NCBI GenBank assembly: GCA_035702665.1
Contig: DASSQD010000030.1
Location: 6,036-70,035, forward strand
Length of the DNA: 64,000 bases
Direction: 5' to 3'
Source: Burkholderiales bacterium
GTDB taxonomy: Bacteria > Pseudomonadota > Gammaproteobacteria > Burkholderiales > SG8-39
The notes beneath the pieces were generated by a model, which ran no database searches, was not told the DNA's origin, and worked only from the letters and a program-made list of their open reading frames with translations. Below, piece by piece: positions 1 to 7,455 of the stretch; the first letter of the stretch is position 1; every line of letters starts with the position of its first letter. The position numbers and the translations under genes are program-made.

Positions 1-1
1 G

Positions 2-1201
2 TTCTCGGTCGAGGATCCGACGGCCGCCGATCCGAGGATTCCGGCGCCGGGCAAGGACGGCGTTCGCCCGAGCACGCCCGCGTACGACTCGGCCACCGGT
101 CTGCTCAAGACGCTGCCGAACTATCTGCTGTGGATGGTGTTCCTGTTCGTCTTCAGCTACATGGGGGCGAACATGCCGATCTGGCGCTTCGCCCAGCCGG
201 TGAACTACATCGGCTTCTGGATCACTTCGATCACCATTCTTTTATCCGCGCTGGGCATGGTGCTCGCGCCCCTCCTCGGAACAAAGGACGCGGCGGGCAA
301 TCTCATCGGCGCTTTCGCGCTGCCGGCGCTCAAGGACCTCGGCTTCACGATCGACGCGGCCAAGGCGTGGCAGCCGCTGTGGCCGATGCTCTTCGTGACC
401 ATCGCCTGCGGCGCAATCTCCGGCTGGCACGCGCTGGTCGGCTCGGTCGGCACCGCGCGGCAGCTCGAGTACGAGACCGACGGCCTGCCCGTAGGCGCGG
501 GCGGCATGTTCGGCGAGAACGCGCTGGCGCTGCTCTCGCTCACCGCGGTGTCGATCGCGGGAGCCGGCGGCGGCGGCGGACGCTTCGCTATCGGCGTCGG
601 CAAGCTCGTCTACGCCGGAACGTTCGGGCTGATTCCAGAGACCTTCGGCACCGCGCTCGGCTTCGCCACGTTCGTGATCATCGTGCTGACGGTCACGCAG
701 CTCGTCTTCCGCGTCATGCGCGTGACGCTCGCCGAGTGGGTGGGCGACGCGGTCCCGATCGCGAGGAACATGCACGTGGCGAGCCTGACGTCGATGGTCC
801 TCACCGCGGCGCTGGTTCTCACCGGGACGTGGGTCTACCTGTGGCAGATGTTCGGCGCCTCCAACCAGTTGATGGCCGCGCTCTCCATGCTCGTGGTCGC
901 GGTGTGGCTGAAGTCCGAGAAGCGCAACCCGGGCTTCGCGGTGGTACCGATGATCTTCATGTACGTCACTACGCTGGCGGCCACGATCGTCACGGCGCGC
1001 AACCTCTACGTGACCATTGCGGCGAACCCGAAGATGAGCGCCCTGCCCGTCGCGGGTGCGTGGGCGATGATCGCGGTGTCCGTGCTCCTCTTCATCGCGG
1101 CCATCCTCATCGGCTGGGACGGCTACAAGGCCTACCTGCGCCACGGTGCGACGCCATCGGCGCCGGTCCCAAAGGCGGCGGGAACCCCGCACCCGGCGTA
1201 G
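2..1201 (+). CDS. cstA: Carbon starvation protein CstA, C-terminal ~400 aa (5' end outside window)
   Basis: The frame of ORF 134..1201 stays open back to nt 2. Polytopic membrane protein with CstA-type motif LWQMFGASNQLMAALSML. Stop TAG 1199-1201. Confidence 0.8.
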   Translation, partial: FSVEDPTAADPRIPAPGKDGVRPSTPAYDSATGLLKTLPNYLLWMVFLFVFSYMGANMPIWRFAQPVNYIGFWITSITILLSALGMVLAPLLGTKDAAGNLIGAFALPALKDLGFTIDAAKAWQPLWPMLFVTIACGAISGWHALVGSVGTARQLEYETDGLPVGAGGMFGENALALLSLTAVSIAGAGGGGGRFAIGVGKLVYAGTFGLIPETFGTALGFATFVIIVLTVTQLVFRVMRVTLAEWVGDAVPIARNMHVASLTSMVLTAALVLTGTWVYLWQMFGASNQLMAALSMLVVAVWLKSEKRNPGFAVVPMIFMYVTTLAATIVTARNLYVTIAANPKMSALPVAGAWAMIAVSVLLFIAAILIGWDGYKAYLRHGATPSAPVPKAAGTPHPA

Positions 1202-1218
1202 AGGGAGAGCGGATCGTG

Positions 1219-1836
1219 TCAGTCGAGCGCGCGTTCAGCCAGCTTGTGCACGGCTTCGAAGAAGTCGCGCGCCGGCTGGCTGCGATCGGGGAGCCGGACG
1301 TGAAGCTGAAAATGAGGTTCGCTGCGGCGCACGGACAGCCGCCCCACTTTCATCCCCGCGTGCTGGGCGATCTTCAGGAGTGCGTCGGCTTGCGCGAGCG
1401 CGGCGGCATTTTCGTGATGCACGACGATGCTGCCCCCGCGCACCAGCCACTCCCGCGGGACGCGCGGGAGCGTGTCGCGGCCGGACCAGCTCGCGGGGTC
1501 GAGCGCCTCGAGCTCGCGCGCCGGAGGCCGGCGCAGCGCGCCGCGGACGATGAGCGTGTCGCGCCGGCCGCGCAGGCGGGAGAGCGGCCACCACGGCAGG
1601 TCGCGCGGCTCCAGGAATATGACCACTGCTGCCCGGGAGAACTCGGCTTTGCCCTGGTCTATAAGGAGCTCTACGGCGGTCGAGCCCAGCCAGCGCACGG
1701 TGGTGCGCTCGCCGATGACCGGCAACCCGCCCTGCATCCAGCGCATCGACTCGCGTCCCTTGCGGACGTTCCAGATCGTGCCGGCGGCGAACCAGGCGAC
1801 GATGGCGATCGCGGCGATGCCGATGAGCTCCGTCAT
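1219..1836 (-). CDS. Hypothetical membrane-anchored protein (single N-terminal TM helix)
   Basis: ORF 1219..1869 trimmed to ATG 1836 (MTELIGIAAIAIVAWFAAGTIW...). No family recognised. Divergent from the small-protein/ArsA-like genes. Confidence 0.5.
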   Translation of the reverse strand: MTELIGIAAIAIVAWFAAGTIWNVRKGRESMRWMQGGLPVIGERTTVRWLGSTAVELLIDQGKAEFSRAAVVIFLEPRDLPWWPLSRLRGRRDTLIVRGALRRPPARELEALDPASWSGRDTLPRVPREWLVRGGSIVVHHENAAALAQADALLKIAQHAGMKVGRLSVRRSEPHFQLHVRLPDRSQPARDFFEAVHKLAERALD

Positions 1837-1905
1837 GGCGGACTTCACGATAGCACGCCGCCTGCGCACGGGTGGAGGCGGACGCTGCGCGAGTTCCTCT
1901 ACGGG

Positions 1906-2133
1906 ATGTTCACCTACGAGATCGTGCAGGAAGTGCGGGAAATGCGCGGTTCGCTGGACAGGCTGTTCATGCTGGGACTATTCGGGGAAATGCTCGGCAT
2001 CCCCATCCTGCCGCCGTACTACGGGTTGCGCCTGCTGCCCTTCGTGGCGCCGCAGATCGGCACCTGGAAGCGCAGCATCCTGCGCGAGCGGCAGTTCGGC
2101 ACCGACCACGAACACCATCTGCACGGAGTATGA
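1906..2133 (+). CDS. Small tail-anchor-like protein, paralogue A (75 aa from ATG)
   Basis: Tail of shadow-extended ORF 130..2133; first ATG is at 1906. Shares the block GIPILPPYYxLRLLPxVxPQIxTWKR with the next gene. Similarity continues ~7 codons upstream of the ATG (LREFLYG vs IRETVYG). Only a CTG (1885, preceded by GGAGG) is available there, so the start is uncertain. Confidence 0.6.
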   Translation: MFTYEIVQEVREMRGSLDRLFMLGLFGEMLGIPILPPYYGLRLLPFVAPQIGTWKRSILRERQFGTDHEHHLHGV

Positions 2134-2144
2134 AGGAGACGATC

Positions 2145-2423
2145 ATGACCGACCCTGACAAGCAAGCGCCGAAGAAGAGCCTGTGGCAGAACATCCGCGA
2201 GACCGTCTACGGCATGGCGGCGCACGACATGAGCCGCGCGGCGCTGCGCACGCGCGCGTCGATGGAGCACCTGTTCATCCTCATCACCATGGGCGACCTG
2301 CTCGGCATCCCGATCCTGCCGCCGTACTACAGCCTGCGGCTCCTTCCTTACGTCGTGCCGCAGATCGCGACCTGGAAGCGGCGCATGCTGCGCGAGAAGG
2401 ACGTGGCCGATGCCATGTTCTGA
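2145..2423 (+). CDS. Small tail-anchor-like protein, paralogue B (92 aa)
   Basis: ATG 2145 lies 6 nt after AAGGAG (2133-2138). An alternative ATG 2130 overlaps the previous stop (ATGA). Polar N-terminal half, hydrophobic LFILITMGDLLGIPILPPYYSLRLLPYVVPQIATW, basic tail KRRMLREKD. Confidence 0.65.
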   Translation: MTDPDKQAPKKSLWQNIRETVYGMAAHDMSRAALRTRASMEHLFILITMGDLLGIPILPPYYSLRLLPYVVPQIATWKRRMLREKDVADAMF

Positions 2424-2445
2424 ATCGATGTTCTAGGGGGCGGCG

Positions 2446-3417
2446 ATGGGATTCAAGGACATCTTCCTGCAGCACCCCGAGCGCCGCTACATCATGTTCG
2501 GCGGCGGGGGCGGAGTGGGCAAGACCACGTTCTCCGCCGCGGCGGCGTACTGGCTCGCGACGCACGGCAAGAGGGTGCTCGTGTTCTCGGTCGACCCCCA
2601 GGCCTCGCTTACCGACATCTTCAAGAAGGACATCTTCGGCAAGGGGCCGGTGCAGATCATGCAGAACCTGTGGGCCCAGGAGATCGACGCCGACAAGCAC
2701 ATCAAGGCGTACCAGCAGGAGATCCGCCAGAAGATCCTCGACATGTACGGGATGCCCGCGGTGCCGGAGGAGATCGAGCACTACATCCAGGCGGCGAGCG
2801 CCGAGCCGGCGATGGAGGAGAGCGCGATGTTCGACGCCGTCGTGGACGTGGTCATGAAGGGCGACTACGACTACTACATCTACGACCTCGTGCCGCTCGG
2901 CCACGCGCTCTATTACCTGTCGATGGCCAAGGTCTACGACGAGTGGATCAACAAGGTCACCAAGCTCCGCGAGGACATGCGCGAGTACGAGGAGATGGTG
3001 AGCCGGCTCAAGCACGAGAAGATGAGCGAGCAGGACCAGATTCTCCAGGAGCTGCTCTACATCAAGAACCGCATCAACACCTCTGCCGGGATCCTCACCG
3101 ACAAGGCGAAGACGGCGTTCTTCTTCGTGCTGATCCCGGAGGCCGGGGTCATCAACGACACCCAGAAGGCGGCCAAGCTGTTCGCGCAGTTCGACGTGCC
3201 GCTCTCCGGGTACGTGGTGAACCGGGTCATACCGCACGAGCTGCTCGGCCAGAACATCCCCGAGTACCTGCGCCGCCGCATCGCCATGCAGGACCAGCAC
3301 CTGGGCGACGTGCGCACGGCCTTCGGCGACCGGGTGCTCGCGCGGGTTCCGGAGATGGAGCGCGACGTCACCGGCCTGCCGATGATCGAGAAGCTTGCCG
3401 CCGGAATGTTCGCCTAG
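2446..3417 (+). CDS. ArsA/GET3/TRC40-family P-loop ATPase, paralogue 1 (signature Lys of deviant Walker A replaced)
   Basis: ORF track. Motifs: FGGGGGVGKTT Walker A, VDPQASL (cf. DPAHSL), EPAMEESAMF, YDLVPLGH switch-II-like. Single ATPase domain of 323 aa. Starts 22 nt after the small gene. Confidence 0.85.
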   Translation: MGFKDIFLQHPERRYIMFGGGGGVGKTTFSAAAAYWLATHGKRVLVFSVDPQASLTDIFKKDIFGKGPVQIMQNLWAQEIDADKHIKAYQQEIRQKILDMYGMPAVPEEIEHYIQAASAEPAMEESAMFDAVVDVVMKGDYDYYIYDLVPLGHALYYLSMAKVYDEWINKVTKLREDMREYEEMVSRLKHEKMSEQDQILQELLYIKNRINTSAGILTDKAKTAFFFVLIPEAGVINDTQKAAKLFAQFDVPLSGYVVNRVIPHELLGQNIPEYLRRRIAMQDQHLGDVRTAFGDRVLARVPEMERDVTGLPMIEKLAAGMFA

Positions 3418-3429
3418 CGAGGGAGAGCC

Positions 3430-4461
3430 ATGCCGGAAATCACCCTGTCGATGTCCCAGTACCTGCGCGATCATCCCGCGCAGAAATACCTGTTCTTCGG
3501 CGGCAAGGGCGGGGTGGGCAAGACCGTCTTCGCCGCGGCGGCAGCCATCGGGCTGGCGCGCCAGGGCCGCCGCACGCTGCTCGCCTCCACGAACCCCGTG
3601 CACAGCCTGACGGCCCTGCTCGGCCAGGACGTGCTCGGCAAGCACGTCCCGGTCGCGGGCGTGCCGAACCTGTGGGCGTACGAGATCGAGACGAAGGATA
3701 CGATCGAGCGCAGCAAGCTGCAGATCCGCGAGAAGATCCGCTGGTTCCTCAAGTTCGCCGACATCACCACCAAGGCCGACGACTTCGTCGAGACGGCGAC
3801 GATGAACCCCGCGTTCGAGGAGTCGGCGATGTTCGAGAACATGATCGACCTCATGTTCAAGAACGAGTACGACGTCTACGTCTTCGATACGGCGCCCACC
3901 GCCAACGCGCGGCGCCTGCTCGGCATGTCGAAGGTGTACGCGCTGTGGGTCAACAAGATGATGAAGAGCCGCGAGGAAGCGAAGACGCTGCGCGAGCTGC
4001 TCTCCTTCACCAAGAAGAAGGAGGCCGACCCGCTGATGGAGTACCTGGTCTCCTTCCGCGACCGGATGGAGCACGCGCGCGTGCTGCTCACCGACCCCAA
4101 GCTCACGGCGTTCTACTTCGTCACCCTGGCCGAAGCCCTGCCGATCGCCGTGGTCACGCGCTTCATCCAGTGGTTCAAGGATTTCGGCATCCCCGTGGGC
4201 GGCGTGTTCGTGAACATGCTCATCGACCGCACATCGGTCGGCGCGGACGCGGCCGAGTTCGTCAGGAACCGGGTGGCGATGCAGCAGGAGCACATGCAGA
4301 CCATCTGGCGCGAGTTCGACGGCGCCGTGCGCGCCATCGTGCCGCTGTTCGAGACCGAGATCCGCGGCGTGCCGATGCTCCAGCGCCTGTGCGACGCGAT
4401 GTTCGCGGGCGACGGCGCGAAGCCGGCGGAGAAGAGCAAGATCGCCTCCCTGAAGGCGTGA
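3430..4461 (+). CDS. ArsA/GET3/TRC40-family P-loop ATPase, paralogue 2
   Basis: ORF track. Motifs: FGGKGGVGKTV Walker A, TNPVHSL, NPAFEESAMF, FDTAPTANARRLL. 343 aa. Starts 12 nt after paralogue 1. Confidence 0.85.
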   Translation: MPEITLSMSQYLRDHPAQKYLFFGGKGGVGKTVFAAAAAIGLARQGRRTLLASTNPVHSLTALLGQDVLGKHVPVAGVPNLWAYEIETKDTIERSKLQIREKIRWFLKFADITTKADDFVETATMNPAFEESAMFENMIDLMFKNEYDVYVFDTAPTANARRLLGMSKVYALWVNKMMKSREEAKTLRELLSFTKKKEADPLMEYLVSFRDRMEHARVLLTDPKLTAFYFVTLAEALPIAVVTRFIQWFKDFGIPVGGVFVNMLIDRTSVGADAAEFVRNRVAMQQEHMQTIWREFDGAVRAIVPLFETEIRGVPMLQRLCDAMFAGDGAKPAEKSKIASLKA

Positions 4462-4463
4462 AA

Positions 4464-4484
4464 CCGGCGGGCCGGGCCCGCCGG
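4464..4484. terminator. GC-rich palindromic hairpin between convergent genes (possible bidirectional terminator)
   Basis: CCGGCGGGCCgGGCCCGCCGG is a 21-nt near-perfect palindrome lying between the ArsA-like stop (4461) and the hsp20 stop (4510). There is no U-tract. Confidence 0.3.
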
Positions 4485-4509
4485 GGAGGAACGATCGAAC
4501 CCTGAAGCT

Positions 4510-4956
4510 TTACTGGACCTTGAGCTCCTTGCTCGAGCCGTTGGCCTTCTTCGGGAGCTTCAGATCGAGCACGCCGTCGGCGTACTTGGCTTCGGACTTG
4601 CCGGCGTCGATGTCGTGGCCGAGCGTGAAGCTGCGCGACTGCTTGCCGTAGTAGCGCTCGCTGCGGACGACCTTTTCGCCCTTCTTCTCTTCCTTTTCCT
4701 TCTTGAGCTCCGCCTCGATGAATACCTGGTTGCCCTCGATCGCGACGTGGATATCCTCTTTCCTCACGCCGGGGATCTCGGCCTTGACGGTGTAGGCGGC
4801 GTCGGCTTCGGCGACGTCCACCTTGATGCGCGGCTCGAAGTCGCCTTCGCCGGTCCAGGGACGCACGCGAAAGCCCTTGAAGAAATCGTCGAAGTTGGCC
4901 AGCGGCTGGAAGCGCGCCAGTTCTTCAAACGGATCGAAACGGGTGATGTTTGCCAT
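4510..4956 (-). CDS. Hsp20/alpha-crystallin family small heat-shock protein
   Basis: ORF 4510..5160 trimmed to ATG 4956, with AGGAGA 6 nt upstream on the minus strand. Alpha-crystallin domain (AYTVKAEIPGVRKEDIHVAIEGNQVFI...GVLDLKLPK). Confidence 0.9.
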   Translation of the reverse strand: MANITRFDPFEELARFQPLANFDDFFKGFRVRPWTGEGDFEPRIKVDVAEADAAYTVKAEIPGVRKEDIHVAIEGNQVFIEAELKKEKEEKKGEKVVRSERYYGKQSRSFTLGHDIDAGKSEAKYADGVLDLKLPKKANGSSKELKVQ

Positions 4957-5037
4957 GGTGGTTCTCCTGTCGGTTCGCTGATTGCTCCCCTTGAAAGGGG
5001 GACAACTCCAATCATCTTCCAGAGGTGCGCCGCCCGT

Positions 5038-5051
5038 TTGATCTGGATCAA
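5038..5051. promoter_or_regulatory. FNR/Anr box TTGATctggATCAA (perfect consensus)
   Basis: Exact match to TTGAT-N4-ATCAA in the hsp20 / CBS-groEL divergent region. On the minus strand an ATGATT -10-like hexamer (5015-5010) sits where a class II promoter (site at -41.5) would place it for hsp20. Confidence 0.75.
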
Positions 5052-5084
5052 GACCCTCGTGCATCGCCACGTTATCGTAGAGAT

Positions 5085-5278
5085 GTGCGCGCGGCTCTCC
5101 TCCACAAGGGGGGAGCGGGCGCGGAGTTGAGGTGGCCTGAAAGCAGGCCAAAGTTCGCAACGCCTTTCGGCGCGGCGATGGAAGGAGACGGCCTCAGACC
5201 GTTCGGCGAGCGAGCTTCAAGCGCCGACCCGGGGTCTCCGCCAAGGACCCGCCCTCACCAGACGGCGGGTTCTTTTTT
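5085..5278 (+). ncRNA. Candidate FNR-dependent small RNA (~190 nt), boundaries predicted
   Basis: FNR box centred at 5044.5, TATCGT at 5073-5078, predicted TSS ~5085. Internal hairpins at 5134-5149 (GGCCTG-AAAG-CAGGCC) and 5161-5172 (CGCC-TTTC-GGCG). Ends at an intrinsic terminator (5247-5278). No plus-strand CDS lies upstream that the terminator could serve. Confidence 0.3.
5247..5278 (+). terminator. Rho-independent terminator (plus strand)
   Basis: ACCCGCC-(10 nt loop)-GGCGGGT stem followed by TCTTTTTT. The T-tract orientation fits the plus strand only. Confidence 0.65.
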
Positions 5279-5302
5279 CGTGCTTTTGGGCGCCGTGTTT
5301 GC

Positions 5303-5316
5303 TTGACCTATCTCAA
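5303..5316. promoter_or_regulatory. FNR-like box TTGACctatCTCAA
   Basis: 12 of 14 positions fit TTGAY-N4-RTCAA. Centre lies 57.5 nt upstream of the CBS-gene ATG (5367). It follows the 5247-5278 terminator. Confidence 0.5.
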
Positions 5317-5366
5317 ATCGCGTGCGAGCCCGCCTTTGTAAGCTGAACTCGGGACCTGGAGATCTT

Positions 5367-5813
5367 ATGAACATCGAACGGATCTGCAACCGCGAAGTCA
5401 CGTTGGCCTACGAGAGCGAGCGCATCGACGAGATCGCAAAGCGGATGCGCGAACAGCACGTGGGGAGCGTGATCGTCATCCCGCGCGTCGGCGGCCGCGT
5501 ACCTGTCGGCATGCTCACGGACCGCGACATCGTCGTAGAGGTGCTCGCGGCAGGCCTCGATTACCGCACCGTGACCGTCGGCGAGGTGATGAGCCGGGAA
5601 CCGGCCACCGTGCGCGAGGACGACGACGTCGTCGATGCCCTCAGGGTCATGCGCACCTACGGCGTGCGCAGGCTCCCGGTGCTTTCGCGCACGGGCATCC
5701 TCGCCGGCATCGTGGCGATCGACGACGTGCTCGAGGTGTTCGCGGGGCAGGTCGAAGACATGGTCAAGGCGATCGGCAGGGAGCAGACGCAGGAAGCGCA
5801 GGCCAGAACCTAG
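5367..5813 (+). CDS. CBS-domain-pair protein (stand-alone, 148 aa)
   Basis: ORF 5322..5813 trimmed to ATG 5367, with GGAG 6 nt upstream. Two CBS repeats (VGSVIVI...GMLTDRDIV; GVRRLPVL...GIVAIDDVL). Confidence 0.8.
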   Translation: MNIERICNREVTLAYESERIDEIAKRMREQHVGSVIVIPRVGGRVPVGMLTDRDIVVEVLAAGLDYRTVTVGEVMSREPATVREDDDVVDALRVMRTYGVRRLPVLSRTGILAGIVAIDDVLEVFAGQVEDMVKAIGREQTQEAQART

Positions 5814-5825
5814 GGAGCCTCTCGA

Positions 5826-7445
5826 ATGTCCGCGAAACAGATCGTATTCGGCGAGCGCGCGCACGCGAAGATCATGGCAGGGGTGCGGATACTCGCCGAC
5901 GCCGTGCGCGGCACGCTCGGGCCTAAGGCCCGCACCGTCGTGCTGGAGAAGTCTTTCGGCGCGCCGACCATCATCAACTCCGGCGTCGTCGTGGCGAAGG
6001 AGATCGAGCTCGAGGATCGTTTCGAGAACATGGGCGCGCAGATGGTGAAGGAGGTCGCATCGAAGACCTCCGATGTCGCGGGAGACGGCACGACCACCGC
6101 AACCCTGCTCGCCGCCGGAATCGTGTTCGAGGGGATGAAATACGTCGCCGCGGGCATGAACCCCATGGACTTGAAGCGCGGCATCGATACGGGCGTCGTC
6201 GCCGTGGTCGAAGAGCTGAAGAAGCTCGCGAAGCCTTGCAGCACGAGCACCGAGATCGCTCAGGTGGCCACGATCTCGGCCAACTCCGATCCGGTGATCG
6301 GCGAAATCGTCGCCAACGCGATGGAAAAGGTCGGCAAGGAGGGCGTCATCACGGTGGAGGACGGTTCGGGACTCAAGAGCGAACTGGAGGTGGTGGAGGG
6401 CATGAAATTCGACCGCGGATTCCAGTCTCCCTATTTCATCAACAACGAGAAGCAGCGCTGCGTGCTCGAGGACGCCTACATCCTGATTCACGACCAGAAG
6501 ATCTCCTCGATTCAGAACCTGCTGCCGGTTCTCGAGCAGGTGGCAAAGACCTCCAAGCCCCTGCTCGTGATCGCCGAAGACGTCGAAGGCGAGGCGCTCG
6601 CGACACTCGTCGTCAACATGCTGCGCGGCGTGCTCAAGACCTGCGCGGTGAAGGCGCCCGGTTTCGGCGACCGCCGCAAGGCGATGCTCGAAGACATCGC
6701 CGTGCTCACCGGCGGTCAGGTGATCGCTGAAGAGGTGGGGCTCAAGCTCGACAAGGCGACGGTGGAACAGCTCGGGCGCGCGAAGCGCGTCGAGGTCGAC
6801 AAGGACGACAGCATCCTGATCGGCGGCGCTGGTGATGCGAAGAAGATCGCCGCCCGGGTCGCAGACCTGCGGGAGCAGCTCAAGGAGACGACCAGCGACT
6901 ACGACAAGGAGAAGCTCCAGGAAAGGATCGCGAAGCTCGCCGGCGGCGTCGCGGTGGTCAAGGTCGGCGCGGCGACCGAGACCGAGATGAAGGAAAGGAA
7001 GGCACGCGTCGAGGACGCATTGCACGCGACGCGCGCGGCGGTGGAAGAGGGCGTCCTCCCCGGCGGCGGCGTCGCCTTGCTGCGCGCGCGCTCGCGGCTG
7101 GGAAAGCTGCGCGGGGACAACCCGGATCAGGACGCCGGCATCAGGATCGTGCTGCGCGCGCTCGAGGAGCCGTTGCGCCAGATCGCGGCCAACGCGGGCG
7201 AGGAGCCTTCGGTCGTGGTCAACCGCGTGCAGGAGGGCCAGGGCAATTTCGGCTATAACGCTCTCACGGACGCGTACGGCGACATGGTGCAGATGGGCAT
7301 TCTCGACCCGTGCAAGGTGACGCGCACCGGGCTGCAGAACGCGGCCTCGATCGCGGGGCTGATCCTCACCACCGACTGCATGATCGCGCAGATTCCCGAG
7401 AAGCCGTCTGCGGCTCGGCCGTCGATGGGCGACATGGACATGTAG
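5826..7445 (+). CDS. groEL: Chaperonin GroEL (Cpn60) paralogue with no adjacent groES
   Basis: 539 aa with canonical GroEL sequence ([41 protein letters not shown]). C-terminus is PSMGDMDM rather than a GGM repeat. Starts 12 nt after the CBS gene stop. Confidence 0.95.
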   Translation: MSAKQIVFGERAHAKIMAGVRILADAVRGTLGPKARTVVLEKSFGAPTIINSGVVVAKEIELEDRFENMGAQMVKEVASKTSDVAGDGTTTATLLAAGIVFEGMKYVAAGMNPMDLKRGIDTGVVAVVEELKKLAKPCSTSTEIAQVATISANSDPVIGEIVANAMEKVGKEGVITVEDGSGLKSELEVVEGMKFDRGFQSPYFINNEKQRCVLEDAYILIHDQKISSIQNLLPVLEQVAKTSKPLLVIAEDVEGEALATLVVNMLRGVLKTCAVKAPGFGDRRKAMLEDIAVLTGGQVIAEEVGLKLDKATVEQLGRAKRVEVDKDDSILIGGAGDAKKIAARVADLREQLKETTSDYDKEKLQERIAKLAGGVAVVKVGAATETEMKERKARVEDALHATRAAVEEGVLPGGGVALLRARSRLGKLRGDNPDQDAGIRIVLRALEEPLRQIAANAGEEPSVVVNRVQEGQGNFGYNALTDAYGDMVQMGILDPCKVTRTGLQNAASIAGLILTTDCMIAQIPEKPSAARPSMGDMDM

Positions 7446-7455
7446 GGGGCGAGTC

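Noticed and set aside
1823-1836. ATGAGctccGTCAT, a TGA-N6-TCA core upstream of the small-protein/ArsA-like genes.
   Set aside because: Both outer and inner flanking positions deviate from TTGAY/RTCAA, and it lies in the first codons of the divergent gene. It is too degenerate to call an FNR site, so regulation of the ArsA-like module remains unknown.
130-2133. Very long ORFs in the track that run antisense to, or out of frame with, recognisable genes. Examples: 130-2133, 2284-4293, 2670-4505, 5313-7499, 8512-10533, 14743-17025, 15776-17587, 18769-21501, 19038-21641, 21664-24084 (5' part), 27323-30694 (5' part), 36245-38674 and 57995-60850.
   Set aside because: Their translations are Arg/Ala/Gly/Pro-rich and low in complexity, with no family resemblance. 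They overlap ORFs that carry clear conserved motifs. This is typical of stop-codon-poor shadow frames in high-G+C DNA.
2446-4461. Calling the two ATPases an arsenite efflux ArsA.
   Set aside because: They are two separate single-domain proteins rather than the fused A1-A2 ArsA. They lack the metalloid-binding cysteines, and no arsB, arsC, arsD or arsR is nearby.
4987-5020. Sigma-32-like heat-shock promoter on the plus strand: CCCCTTGAA at 4987-4995, then CCAATCAT about 13 nt later. A second weak candidate lies on the minus strand near 5078-5108 for hsp20.
   Set aside because: The -10 parts match CCCCATNT poorly. The plus-strand one points at no nearby gene start. CCCCTTGAAAGGGG is itself a small hairpin that could simply be part of the hsp20 5' UTR. 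I could not support either candidate beyond a partial -35 match.
5025-5306. A 93-aa ORF covering the hsp20 / CBS-groEL intergenic region.
   Set aside because: It reads through a canonical intrinsic terminator and an FNR box. It has no SD and a low-complexity composition. The region is better explained as non-coding (the sRNA candidate).
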